A stretch of 64,000 bases of DNA from a bacterium. GTDB taxonomy: Bacteria; Bacteroidota; Bacteroidia; Chitinophagales; JADIYW01. The notes under the pieces were generated by a model that saw only the letters and a program-made list of their open reading frames with translations, did not search any database and was not told the origin of the DNA. Below are positions 19,944-30,035 of the stretch, one piece after another. Numbering within the stretch: the stretch's first letter is position 1; each line of letters starts with the position of its first letter. Both the position numbers and the translations under genes were made by a program. The stretch is from NCBI GenBank assembly GCA_037189845.1, contig JBBCIS010000007.1, positions 34,425-98,424 of the forward strand, written 5' to 3'.

Positions 19944-20957
19944 TTACCTCACTCTTAAATATCCCTGAGCCAGTCTCAATCCTTCTCTCTGACTTTCGAT
20001 AAAGCTGTGTAATGCTTCATAAGATTCTGCTGCGTACTTCAATAAAGTAGAAGCTTGCCCATAGACAGCATTGCCTTTGATTTTGTTCATACCATAGTAT
20101 CCGTCAAGGAAATTTTTGATACCTCCTGAAATGATAAATTGCTGGCACTGAATCTGACCTGCACTTTCAAATTGTATCTGATTGACCATCTCTATCATTT
20201 GTTCGGCAGTATGACCGATCTGAGCAATCTTCTGATATAACTCTTGTTGAACAGCATCACTGCGCAAAAGTTCTAATTTCGAAAAATTTGTTCCACCATG
20301 AGCTGCAAATTCTATTGCCTGCAATGGCAATTTCATCAATGCGCTCAGGCTTTCTTTCCCCATTCCCTGCCCTACTTCTTTGACGATAACAGGGATTTTT
20401 GACAATTCCAGAAATTGCTCTATTGTTTCTATAGGAGGCTGGCGCAATTTATCGCCTTCCGGTTGCAACCACTCCTGAAGCGGATTGACATGGATCATCA
20501 GCCCGTCTGCTTTCAGCTTATCAACCAGTGCATCCACTTTTTCCAATTGTTTCAGACGGATGAGCTCCTCTATTTGAGCGATACCCAGATTGGCATAAAA
20601 AGGGCGGTCATCACCCATGATATGTCTCAGGTCAAAATCCGATAGTCTTTCATTGCTGTTCAGTAGCTGGCGACAAGAGCCCAAACCCATTCCCATCCCG
20701 AAATGATAACAGGAACGTGCAAGATTTTCATTGATCTTTCGAGCCTTTTCAGTACCTCCCGTCATACTGCTCACCCAAATAGGAGTATGCATTCGCTTAC
20801 CCAGAAAATCGACTGTGGGAATTTGCACATCAGAATGACCGAAAAGTGGTTCGTAGCTGAACCTGTTATCTATAGTATCTGTCTGAGAAGCAAAAGCTAA
20901 ATCAATGTGGTCATTTTTACGCTCTTTAGCAGTCGGATCATTTTTCAGCTCACTCAT
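19944..20957 (-). CDS. fni: Type 2 (FMN) isopentenyl-diphosphate isomerase
   Basis: RKNDHI, SSMTGG, HVNPLQE, VKEVGQG, GGTNF. Confidence 0.92.
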   Translation of the reverse strand: MSELKNDPTAKERKNDHIDLAFASQTDTIDNRFSYEPLFGHSDVQIPTVDFLGKRMHTPIWVSSMTGGTEKARKINENLARSCYHFGMGMGLGSCRQLLNSNERLSDFDLRHIMGDDRPFYANLGIAQIEELIRLKQLEKVDALVDKLKADGLMIHVNPLQEWLQPEGDKLRQPPIETIEQFLELSKIPVIVKEVGQGMGKESLSALMKLPLQAIEFAAHGGTNFSKLELLRSDAVQQELYQKIAQIGHTAEQMIEMVNQIQFESAGQIQCQQFIISGGIKNFLDGYYGMNKIKGNAVYGQASTLLKYAAESYEALHSFIESQREGLRLAQGYLRVR

Positions 20958-20986
20958 GACAGATATCTTTCAGTTTTGTAAAATAC

Positions 20987-21532
20987 TTACTTTTTGCCGT
21001 CAAGAATAGTCAGTGAGTTATTCATTGCCTGAATATCTTTCATCCAAAGATCTTTTTTATTCAAAAAGCACCAGCCGGATGTCTGGTACAACATCGTATC
21101 CTTTTGAATCAGCTGCATGTTGAAGATTAATTTCTGATCTTTTAACACTCCGGTCAGTAATATATCCTGTACATAATACCCTTTATCGTTTGTATAAGCA
21201 GTATCTCTCAAAACCATAGTTTCTTTCAGCGCATGTTCTACCTTTTTGACATTTTTCAGATCATTGGACAGAGAGTCATAAAGGTATTTCACATATCCTG
21301 AATCCGGTTTCCACGATTGAGGCACTACGATATAGTACACATCTCTGTATTTATTCTGCAGACCGATAGCTGCTGATGGATGTAAATCCTGAGTTCTTTT
21401 GAGATAAGGAGCATAATCCAGTTTAAGGTAATCACGAATCTCCAGCTGCTTCGGAATATCCGGATATTTACAGGAAAACATTATCAATGAAGAAACTGCT
21501 AATAATGCTGCAAAGATTTTGAACTGCTTCAT
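20987..21532 (-). CDS. Hypothetical lipoprotein
   Basis: Lipobox MFSC. First gene of the fni-mvaA run. Confidence 0.65.
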   Translation of the reverse strand: MKQFKIFAALLAVSSLIMFSCKYPDIPKQLEIRDYLKLDYAPYLKRTQDLHPSAAIGLQNKYRDVYYIVVPQSWKPDSGYVKYLYDSLSNDLKNVKKVEHALKETMVLRDTAYTNDKGYYVQDILLTGVLKDQKLIFNMQLIQKDTMLYQTSGWCFLNKKDLWMKDIQAMNNSLTILDGKK

Positions 21533-21723
21533 ATTTCAGGAAATTGTCCCAAAGTTAACCTTAATGTAGATTGCAAAGCATATTTTCTGTCAGGAATTAA
21601 GAAAAGCATAATCATATAATACCGGCTAATAGAATGGGCAATACGCAATGAATAATTTACGGTACAGTACAATACGATTATTGTGAAATCATTACCAATA
21701 TTGTCGGAGGATAAACAAGAGTG

Positions 21724-21731
21724 TATCTTTG
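21724..21731 (+). promoter_or_regulatory. Bacteroidota -7 promoter element (TATCTTTG) for rlmN
   Basis: Matches TAnnTTTG, 5 nt before the ATG. Confidence 0.6.
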
Positions 21732-21736
21732 CAGTA

Positions 21737-22768
21737 ATGTTGAAAGATATCCGTCAGTTTTCATTACCTGAATTGACCACCTGGTTTAAAGAGGAAGGAG
21801 AGCAAGCCTTTCGTGCGAAACAGGTGTACTCCTGGTTATGGCAAAAGTCAGCAACTGATTTTGACGACATGACAAATCTTTCTCTTGGATTGAGAAATAA
21901 GCTTAAAGAGCAGTTCGATATTAAACCAGTACAGGTCCACAAAGAGCAGTTTTCTAATGACGGTACTATCAAATCTGCATTCAGGCTGCACGACAGTCAT
22001 CTGGTAGAAGGTGTAATGATCCCGGTAGAAGACCGTGCTACTGCCTGCGTATCTTCTCAGGTTGGCTGTAGCCTCACCTGCAAATTCTGTGCAACCGGCT
22101 TCATGAAACGCGAACGCAACCTGGAACCTGCAGAAATCTATGACCAGGTAGTACTTATCAGAAATCAGGCTGAAAAATCTCTGGGCAGACCACTCACCAA
22201 TATTGTATTTATGGGTATGGGTGAACCATTGCTGAATTACGCCAATGTTCTCAAGGCAATAGAAAAAATCACGTCACCAGAAGGTCTGGGAATGTCACCA
22301 AAGCGTATCACCCTTTCTACTGCCGGAATAGCCAAAATGATTAAAAAGCTTGGAGATGACCAGGTTCGCTTTAATCTGGCGCTTTCATTACACGCTGCAA
22401 ATGATGAAAAGCGGGATACCATCATGCCTATCAATGAACAGAATAATATTGAGGTACTGGTAGAAGCCCTCAACTATTTCCATGAAAAGACAGGCAACAA
22501 AATCACCTTTGAATACATCTTATTAAATGGTGTAAATGATTCCATACAGGATGCCAGAGAAATAATTGAGCTCTGTCAAAGAGTTCCGGCAAAAGTCAAT
22601 ATTCTGGAATATAATAAAGTGGAAGGAGCTACATTTTCACGTACAGATGCTCAGCGGAGAAATGCATTTGTGACTTTTCTGGAAAAAAAAGGAGTGACTG
22701 CCAGCATCAGAAAAAGCCGTGGAAAAGATATTGATGCAGCTTGCGGACAGCTGGCCAATAAAGGTTAA
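21737..22768 (+). CDS. rlmN: 23S rRNA m2A2503 methyltransferase RlmN
   Basis: CVSSQVGCSLTCKFCATG, FMGMGEP, DIDAACGQL. Confidence 0.96.
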   Translation: MLKDIRQFSLPELTTWFKEEGEQAFRAKQVYSWLWQKSATDFDDMTNLSLGLRNKLKEQFDIKPVQVHKEQFSNDGTIKSAFRLHDSHLVEGVMIPVEDRATACVSSQVGCSLTCKFCATGFMKRERNLEPAEIYDQVVLIRNQAEKSLGRPLTNIVFMGMGEPLLNYANVLKAIEKITSPEGLGMSPKRITLSTAGIAKMIKKLGDDQVRFNLALSLHAANDEKRDTIMPINEQNNIEVLVEALNYFHEKTGNKITFEYILLNGVNDSIQDAREIIELCQRVPAKVNILEYNKVEGATFSRTDAQRRNAFVTFLEKKGVTASIRKSRGKDIDAACGQLANKG

Positions 22769-22843
22769 GAACTACATCATACGCTTGAAAATATCCTCTT
22801 TCGCTTCTTCTTTTAATAACATATAATATCAAATATTTTTTTC

Positions 22844-22888
22844 TATCTTTGCAGAGTCGAAAGATAGGGGACCCTTGCAGTCCCCTAT
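22844..22888 (+). promoter_or_regulatory. rimP promoter (-7 TATCTTTG) and 5' leader hairpin
   Basis: TATCTTTG at 22844-22851, and a 9-bp stem ATAGGGGAC/GTCCCCTAT at 22864-22888. Confidence 0.6.
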
Positions 22889-22906
22889 TTTGTTAGACTA
22901 ATAGAT

Positions 22907-23383
22907 ATGGAAAGCATAGATATTCTAAAAGAAAAAATTGCGCTCGCTCTGACTGAAAAGTTTGAAGGAACTGATTTTTTTATTGCAGATATACAAGTCA
23001 CTGTAACAAGCAGAATTGCAGTATTTGTAGACGGGAAGGAAAATATTACGATCCAGCAATGTGCTGAAATTTCCAGATTTTTAGAAAACTACCTGGAAAC
23101 TAACGGATTGGTAGGTGAAAAATACTGGTTGGAAGTATCATCACCGGGTATGGATGAACCATTCAAAGTTCCTCAGCAATATGAAAAATGGCTGGAAAAG
23201 CCGGTCGAAGTATTGTTGACATCCGGAATCAAAGAAACCGGGACATTAAAAGCTTTTGATGAAGGGTCCGTCACCATAGAATTGCCGGAACAAAAGAAAA
23301 AGAAAGAAATTATTCCTGCGGAGCTGAAAACTTTTGCCCAGGAAGACATTAAATACACAAGAAAACATTTCGTATTCAAATAG
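22907..23383 (+). CDS. rimP: Ribosome maturation factor RimP
   Basis: CAEISR and LEVSSPGM, upstream of nusA. Confidence 0.93.
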   Translation: MESIDILKEKIALALTEKFEGTDFFIADIQVTVTSRIAVFVDGKENITIQQCAEISRFLENYLETNGLVGEKYWLEVSSPGMDEPFKVPQQYEKWLEKPVEVLLTSGIKETGTLKAFDEGSVTIELPEQKKKKEIIPAELKTFAQEDIKYTRKHFVFK

Positions 23384-23390
23384 TACAACT

Positions 23391-24626
23391 ATGAATAGTG
23401 CAGAATTAGTAGACTCGATATCCGAGTTTAAAGAGTTTAAAAACATTGACAGACCCACAATGATGCGTGTGCTGGAAGATGTATTTAAAACCCTTCTACG
23501 GAAAAAATATGGTTCTGATGAGCACTTTGATATCATCGTAAACACTGACAAAGGTGACCTGGAAATCTGGCGCAACAGAACAATCGTTGAAGACGGTGCG
23601 GTTGAAGATGAGCTTCAGGAAGTTTCTATCTCAGAAGCTTTGAAAGTAGATGCCGGTTTTGAAGTAGGAGATGATTGCTACGAAGAAATTACGCTTGAAT
23701 CCTTTGGTAGAAGAGCTATTCTTGCTGCAAGACAAACCTTGATTTCAAGAATTCTTGAGTTGGAAAAAGACGAAATCTTTAAAAAATATCAGGACAGAAT
23801 CGGTGAAATAGTCACTGCGGAAGTATACCAGGTATGGAAAAAAGAAATGTTGCTTTTAGATGATGAAGGTAATGAGCTTCTGCTTCCTAAAACTGAACAA
23901 ATCAAATCTGATTTTTACAAAAAAGGAGATACACTAAGAGCAGTTGTAAAAGATGTGGAAATGAGAGGAGCAAATCCGAGAGTTATTCTTTCGAGAGTAG
24001 ACCCTTCATTCCTTGCGAAACTTTTAGAGCTGGAAGTACCTGAAATCTTTGACGGATTGATTTCTATCAGAAAAATTGTACGTGAACCGGGAGAAAGAGC
24101 AAAAGTTGCTGTAGAATCCTATGATGACCGCATCGATCCGGTAGGAGCATGCGTAGGTATGAAAGGATCAAGAATTCACGGGATAGTGAGAGAGTTGAGA
24201 AACGAAAACATTGATATCATTAACTACACCAATAATACCAGCTTATTCATCCAGAGAGCTTTGTCTCCTGCGAAAATTTCTTCTATTGAAATTTCAGATG
24301 ATAAAAGAGTAGCTGTCTATCTGAAACCCGATCAGGTTTCTCTGGCAATTGGTAAAGGTGGTCTGAATATCAAATTAGCAAGTCGTCTGACAGGTTATGA
24401 AATCGATGTATACAGAGACATTGATGAAATTGAGGACGATGTTGATCTGGAAGAATTTGCAGATGAAATTGATGGATGGGTGATTGATGCACTGAAAAAC
24501 ATCGGCTGCGATACAGCTAAAAGTGTATTGGATCTTGACAGAGATGAATTGGTAAGAAGAGCTGACTTAGAAGAGGAGACTGTAGATGAAGTCATCCGCA
24601 TACTAAGAGAAGAATTGGATAATTAA
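23391..24626 (+). CDS. nusA: Transcription termination factor NusA
   Basis: DPVGACVGMKGSRI, SLAIGKGGLNIKLA. Confidence 0.97.
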   Translation: MNSAELVDSISEFKEFKNIDRPTMMRVLEDVFKTLLRKKYGSDEHFDIIVNTDKGDLEIWRNRTIVEDGAVEDELQEVSISEALKVDAGFEVGDDCYEEITLESFGRRAILAARQTLISRILELEKDEIFKKYQDRIGEIVTAEVYQVWKKEMLLLDDEGNELLLPKTEQIKSDFYKKGDTLRAVVKDVEMRGANPRVILSRVDPSFLAKLLELEVPEIFDGLISIRKIVREPGERAKVAVESYDDRIDPVGACVGMKGSRIHGIVRELRNENIDIINYTNNTSLFIQRALSPAKISSIEISDDKRVAVYLKPDQVSLAIGKGGLNIKLASRLTGYEIDVYRDIDEIEDDVDLEEFADEIDGWVIDALKNIGCDTAKSVLDLDRDELVRRADLEEETVDEVIRILREELDN

Positions 24627-24676
24627 AAATCGTGTGCTAGATAGTAGTACATTTGTACAAGAATTAAACGTCTATA

Positions 24677-27600
24677 ATGACAGAAAATAAGTCGATACAG
24701 TTGGTGAAGGCTGCTAAGGAATTAAATGTAGGTATTAATACCGTCATTGAACACTTAGCAGAAAAGGGTCATGTAATTGAAAACAAACCTTCAACCAAAT
24801 TGTCACCAGAACAGTACAATTTGCTTCTGAGCGCCTTCAAGCAAGACCTTGCTATCAAGAAGAAAGCAGAAGAAATTAACATCGGAAAAGTAAGAAAGGA
24901 TAAAGCAGATGAAGGCAAAGATGAGGCCTTTGCTGCTCCTGCCAAAGAAACTATTGTAGAGCGTCCGCGAATTATTGTCGAAGGACCTAAAGTAGTTGGC
25001 AGAATGGATCTCGATGCTAAAAAACCTGTTTCTGAACCTAAACCTTCAGAATCTCCGGCACCAGCAGCAAAAGAGGAAGCACCTTCAAAACCAGAAGTAA
25101 AAGCTCCGGAAGTAATTCCGGCAGCAGAAGCTCCTAAGGTCAAAAAGGAAAAACCAGAGACCAAGGCTCCTGCTCCGGTGGAGGAACCAAAAATCGAAAG
25201 ACAGCCCATTGAAAAGCCTGCTATTAAAGTAGTGGATAAAATTGAGCTGCCTGCCCCAAATACTCCCAGACCAGCTCCGATTGCTAAAGCTGAAGAAAAA
25301 GAGCCTAAAGCTCCTGCAGAAAAAGCTACACCTGCTGAAGTTCCTTCAACTCCGGCTCCTTCAGCACCAGCTGAAGATAATGTAGTCATCAGAGCGGAAG
25401 CAGAAAGACTTTCCGGAGTGAAAATCATGGGTAAAATTGAATTACCTGATGCAAGAAAAGCATCTTCTGACGCCAAAAAACCTTTTCATAAAAGTAATGA
25501 CGAGAAGAAGAAAAGAAAGCGTATCGGTGGTAAAGCTGTTGATATCAATAAAGTATCCAACGACGATAAAGGAGCAGGTAGTACAGATCGCTTAGGCGGT
25601 GGTAAACCTGGTCAAGGTGGTCCGGGTGGAAATAATAACAATCGTCCGGGTGGTGGCCCAGGCGGAAATCGTCTGGGTGGCCCAGGCGGGAATAACACCA
25701 ATCGTCCGGGCGGAGGCCCGGGAAGCAATAACCGCCCGGGAGGAGGTAATCGTCCTGGAGGAGGTAATCGCCACGGGGCAGGAGGTCGTAACGATCGCAG
25801 AAATGATGAGCCTCAGGCTATTTCCGGTAAAGAGATTGATGATAAAATCAAAGCAACCATGGCCAAGCTTGGCGGTGGTCACAGATCCAAATCCAATAAG
25901 TCAAAATACCGTAAAAGCAGAAGAGATGAAGGATTCGGAAATGACGAAAATCAGGAGGGCGCAAAAATTCAGGTTACAGAATTTATCTCTGTCAGTGAAT
26001 TAGCCAATATCATGAACGTTTCTCCGACTCAGGTAATTTCTGCATGTTTCGGTTTAGGTGTTATCGTGTCTATCAACCAGCGTATTGATGCTGAAATCAT
26101 TGAATTGGTAGCCGGTGAATTCGGATTTGACGTAGAATTCATCAATATCACAGAAGAAGAAGAATCTGAAGAAAATACAGACAGTCCTGAAGATCTTTTA
26201 CCGAGATCCCCTATTGTGACCATCATGGGGCACGTAGACCACGGTAAAACTTCTTTGTTGGACTATATACGCAGCGCAAATATCGTAGCCGGTGAGGCGG
26301 GTGGTATCACCCAGCACATTGGAGCATATGAGGTAACTTTGCCTGACAGTAAAAAGAAAGTAACATTCCTCGATACTCCCGGTCACGAAGCCTTTACTGC
26401 GATGCGTGCACGTGGAGCAAAGCTGACAGATATAGTAGTGATCGTGGTAGCAGCTGACGATAATGTCATGCCTCAGACAAAAGAGGCTATCAGCCACGCA
26501 CAGGCAGCTGAAGTACCGATGATTATTGCAATCAACAAAATAGACAAGCCTGCAGCTAATCCTGAAGGCATTAAGAAACAGCTGGCAGAGATGAACATTC
26601 TGGTCGAAGACTGGGGTGGTAAATATCAATGTCAGGAAATCTCAGCCAAAAAAGGTATGGGTGTCGAAGACCTACTTGAGAAAATTTTGTTGGAAGCAGA
26701 AATGCTTGACTTGAAAGCTAATCCTGATAAAATTGCAAATGGTAGCGTTATCGAGGCATCATTAGACAAAGGCCGCGGATATGTATCTACGATCATGGTC
26801 CAGGAAGGAACACTCAATATCGGGGACTTCGTGGTAGCTGGCCAGTATTACGGTAAAGTAAAAGCTTTGACGAATGAGAGAGGTGTACGTGTCAAAAAAG
26901 CAGGCCCATCTCAACCTGTACAGTTACTGGGCTTGAACGGAGCACCTACAGCAGGTGATAAGTTTAAGGTGTACGAATCTGAGCAGGAAGCTAAAGAAAT
27001 CGCCAATAAACGTTCTACAATAATGAGAGAGCAAGGTATACGTGCTCAGAAACATATCACACTGGATGAGATCGGAAGACGTCTTGCACTTGGAAACTTC
27101 AAAGAGCTGAAGATTATTGTCAAAGGAGACGTGGATGGATCCGTAGAGGCATTGAGCGACTCATTGCTTAAGCTTTCCACAGAAGAAATTCAGGTATCTA
27201 TCGTCCTTCGCGGAGTAGGTGCTATCACAGAGAACGACGTATTATTAGCTGCTGCTTCTGATGCCATCATCGTAGCATTCCAGGTGAGACCGACATCTAA
27301 TGCCCGTACGCTTGCAGAAAGAGAAAGTATTGAAATCCGTAACTACTCTATTATCTACGACGCTATTGATGATGTGAAGAAAGCTATGGAAGGTATGTTG
27401 GAGCCTAAGTTTGAGGAGAAAATCGTTGCGAATGTTGAAGTTCGTGAAGTGTTCAAAATCAGCAAAGTGGGTACTATTGCCGGATGTTATGTTCAGGACG
27501 GTAAAATTGTCAGAGCAAACGGAATCAGAATCATCAGAGACGGTATCGTGGTATACACCGGTGAGCTGGATGCATTGAAACGTTTCAAAGACGATGTGAA

Positions 27601-27712
27601 AGAAGTTTCCAAAGGATATGAGTGTGGTATCAAAATCAAAAACTACAACGATATTCAGGTGGGAGATATCATCGAATCTTTCGAAAAAGTAGAAGTGAAG
27701 AGAAAACTATAA
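24677..27712 (+). CDS. infB: Translation initiation factor IF-2
   Basis: [33 protein letters not shown]. Confidence 0.98.
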   Translation: MTENKSIQLVKAAKELNVGINTVIEHLAEKGHVIENKPSTKLSPEQYNLLLSAFKQDLAIKKKAEEINIGKVRKDKADEGKDEAFAAPAKETIVERPRIIVEGPKVVGRMDLDAKKPVSEPKPSESPAPAAKEEAPSKPEVKAPEVIPAAEAPKVKKEKPETKAPAPVEEPKIERQPIEKPAIKVVDKIELPAPNTPRPAPIAKAEEKEPKAPAEKATPAEVPSTPAPSAPAEDNVVIRAEAERLSGVKIMGKIELPDARKASSDAKKPFHKSNDEKKKRKRIGGKAVDINKVSNDDKGAGSTDRLGGGKPGQGGPGGNNNNRPGGGPGGNRLGGPGGNNTNRPGGGPGSNNRPGGGNRPGGGNRHGAGGRNDRRNDEPQAISGKEIDDKIKATMAKLGGGHRSKSNKSKYRKSRRDEGFGNDENQEGAKIQVTEFISVSELANIMNVSPTQVISACFGLGVIVSINQRIDAEIIELVAGEFGFDVEFINITEEEESEENTDSPEDLLPRSPIVTIMGHVDHGKTSLLDYIRSANIVAGEAGGITQHIGAYEVTLPDSKKKVTFLDTPGHEAFTAMRARGAKLTDIVVIVVAADDNVMPQTKEAISHAQAAEVPMIIAINKIDKPAANPEGIKKQLAEMNILVEDWGGKYQCQEISAKKGMGVEDLLEKILLEAEMLDLKANPDKIANGSVIEASLDKGRGYVSTIMVQEGTLNIGDFVVAGQYYGKVKALTNERGVRVKKAGPSQPVQLLGLNGAPTAGDKFKVYESEQEAKEIANKRSTIMREQGIRAQKHITLDEIGRRLALGNFKELKIIVKGDVDGSVEALSDSLLKLSTEEIQVSIVLRGVGAITENDVLLAAASDAIIVAFQVRPTSNARTLAERESIEIRNYSIIYDAIDDVKKAMEGMLEPKFEEKIVANVEVREVFKISKVGTIAGCYVQDGKIVRANGIRIIRDGIVVYTGELDALKRFKDDVKEVSKGYECGIKIKNYNDIQVGDIIESFEKVEVKRKL

Positions 27713-27741
27713 GATCGTTCTTCAAAGTAACTTTATAAAAC

Positions 27742-27772
27742 AAAAGGTCAGACTTCACAATCTGACCTTTTT
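27742..27772 (+). terminator. Intrinsic terminator after infB
   Basis: AAAAGGTCAGA-loop-TCTGACCTTTTT. Confidence 0.85.
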
Positions 27773-27896
27773 CTTGTTTAGAAACTTATCTATTGATATC
27801 AGAGTTTTATCAATAGCACATGGATTAATTCCAGCTTTAGCTTTGCTTTAAACAGCTACTTATATATATGATACAGATTGTAATTTAAAGCAGACC

Positions 27897-28088
27897 GGGT
27901 GTACGACAAATTTCCCTTTTTTGGACAAATGACCTCGAAGAGGTCTGATGTTTATAGAGAAAAGCAGATAAGAATAACGATACGACTCTGTAGGAGTCGC
28001 ATATTGCGTAATAATCTCTTTCTATAAACATTAAATCCCTTTGGGATTAAAAATAAAAATGAAGTTTGGGGAAATTTGTCGTACACTC
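27897..28088. mobile_element. Non-autonomous MITE-like element with internal palindromes
   Basis: Perfect 18-bp inverted repeats GTGTACGACAAATTTCCC (27899-27916) and 28069-28086. AAGCAGAC is directly repeated on both flanks. Confidence 0.75.
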
Positions 28089-28401
28089 AAGCAGACAAGC
28101 AGACCTATATTTTAAAATTTCACAATCGTTAATGCCGACGTCCTGAAAAGCCTTCGGAATTAAAATAAACCAATAAAACGCAGTAGATATGAAGTGTAAT
28201 CCGAACCAAAGCGAATCGGGAGTGGTCTGCATTGCAGTGCATCCGGAAGAAAATCTTCGGGAGTGTGAACGGAATTAAACTTGAGCATCTACTTGATTGA
28301 ACTTTGTTAAACTATCAACACAATCATTTAAACCGTAAAATATGTTTGGGTATTAAATAATTTGACGGAGAAATTTTTTATATTAATATAAAATAATCAT
28401 C

Positions 28402-29277
28402 GTGAACAAATACACCATTGCAGGAATTGCTTTACTTGTTTTGATAGTAGCCGGTACTACTTTTTTTATTACCAAGGCCACCATGCAGCTCGAAATTGAC
28501 AAAGCTGTTCAGATACATATCAATGAAAAAGTACCGCTGGAAGCACAGATAGACAGTACTATCATGATAGCTTTGATGAACGATCTACAAACTAAAATAA
28601 AGGTAAATGATGAGCTAAAAATCAGACTGAATGAACGGTTTGACGTTCCTCTCCAAATGGAGCTGCTGGTTCCGCTGAATACAGAAATATTTATGGATCA
28701 GGTGCTGGATCTGGAATTTGACTTACCGGTAGACATTTCACTTAATCAGGATGAAATGCCTTTGAAAAATCTGGTCATTCCATTTAATCAAAAGTTGATG
28801 ATCACAGATTCGCTGGCAGTAGATTTCTCTATCCCTTTAGAAACAAAAATCCGAACCAACTTCAAAAGATTTTTCAATATCAATCTTCCTGTAAAGGCAG
28901 ATATTCCTGTCGCTCAGAAAATCCCGGTTCATCAACCTCTGCAGGTCAATGATACGCTGACCCTTAGTATGCAGGATTATAATATTCCTCTGCGCACAAT
29001 TATTCCGGTAGTTGCGAAAGTACCTGTAAAACAAAAAGTGAAAATCCAGGGGGAATTGCTCGTTCCTGTCAATCAGATGGTATCTATTCCTCTTTCGAAG
29101 GTCATATCCACCCCTGTCTTAGAATCTTTCACCGCTCAGGTAACAACGACCAATGATTTAGAAACAGCCTTTAAATCCAGTCTGAAAGCGAGTGCAACGT
29201 TTAACGGACCGCTGAGAGTAGAAAAAATGGATTCATTGATTATTGATCCTACCAGAATTCAGATTAAAATGAAATAG
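28402..29277 (+). CDS. Membrane-anchored hypothetical protein with recurrent (V/I)P(L/V/I) beta-strand motifs
   Basis: GTG start, one N-terminal TM, alternating hydrophobic pattern with periodic prolines. Confidence 0.75.
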   Translation: MNKYTIAGIALLVLIVAGTTFFITKATMQLEIDKAVQIHINEKVPLEAQIDSTIMIALMNDLQTKIKVNDELKIRLNERFDVPLQMELLVPLNTEIFMDQVLDLEFDLPVDISLNQDEMPLKNLVIPFNQKLMITDSLAVDFSIPLETKIRTNFKRFFNINLPVKADIPVAQKIPVHQPLQVNDTLTLSMQDYNIPLRTIIPVVAKVPVKQKVKIQGELLVPVNQMVSIPLSKVISTPVLESFTAQVTTTNDLETAFKSSLKASATFNGPLRVEKMDSLIIDPTRIQIKMK

Positions 29278-29313
29278 GCTATGTGTCATGTAGCTTATGA
29301 TTTACCGGAAGAG

Positions 29314-29742
29314 CTATCGATCTGCCTCTTCCAGTAATTTTATTATTTTCTCTTTATCATCCAGATTCTTTTCCAGTCTTGTGATAAATCTGTGCAAATC
29401 ATTTATTCTTTCCTGCAGTTCTTTATACAAAACCTGATCATAAGGATATTGCGGACTACTGAGCTGATAAGCAGCAGCAGGTTCACTAAATTGCTGAGGC
29501 AACCGCAACACAGGTGTATGCCCATATAAAACGAACGAAGGATTTACTCCATAATGTTCTGCAAGCTTATGAACTGTATCTGTTCCGATTCCTCTTTTAC
29601 CCGTAGCATAAGAAGAAGCCGCTTGTCTGGACATTCCAATAGCCACCATCATCTGATTTACAGATGTTATATTGTGACCATTTTCATTCAGAGCTTTGAT
29701 CACATCCTGCAACCTTTCCAGCCTCTGCATAGCACCCTCCAT
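29314..29742 (-). CDS. XRE-family HTH transcriptional regulator with C-terminal coiled coil
   Basis: AIGMSRQAASSYATGKR...YGVNPSFVLYG, SEPAAAY linker, LDDKEKIIKLLE. Confidence 0.8.
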   Translation of the reverse strand: MEGAMQRLERLQDVIKALNENGHNITSVNQMMVAIGMSRQAASSYATGKRGIGTDTVHKLAEHYGVNPSFVLYGHTPVLRLPQQFSEPAAAYQLSSPQYPYDQVLYKELQERINDLHRFITRLEKNLDDKEKIIKLLEEADR

Positions 29743-29782
29743 TTATATATCCTATGTTTATTTAATTTTTTTATGCAAAACA

Positions 29783-29814
29783 TTTGTTTTTGTAAAGCAG
29801 ATGTATTACATTTG
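29783..29814 (+). promoter_or_regulatory. Consensus Bacteroidota promoter TTTG-N20-TACATTTG, divergent from the XRE gene
   Basis: -33 TTTG at 29783-29786 and -7 TACATTTG at 29807-29814. The palindrome ATGTATTACAT overlaps the -7 element. Confidence 0.6.
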
Positions 29815-30035
29815 TATGACATACTAACATATACTTAGAAACATAACGGTTCTAAGCAATACAGGTAACTAGTGAAGATACGTATAATTTATTATACAGT
29901 CTGTTTTATTTACATGTGTTATGAAAAAGAATTAATTATGTTGTGTGAATATTGTGAGATATATTGAGCGTATTCTTTGTGCAATAAGGGGGAAATACAA
30001 AAATATGATCAATCCATATTCTCATTTTTTCAAAG

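Noticed and set aside
19926-20957. The ankyrin ORF and Fni both begin MSEL, suggesting a duplicated insertion site
   Set aside because: The codons differ (ATGAGCGAATTG vs ATGAGTGAGCTG) and the O-methyltransferase also starts MSEL, so this is probably coincidence.
24769-25476. 235-aa antisense ORF inside infB, and the many other antisense or overlapping ORFs in the track
   Set aside because: Shadow ORFs of well-supported genes, arising from codon bias, with no motifs.
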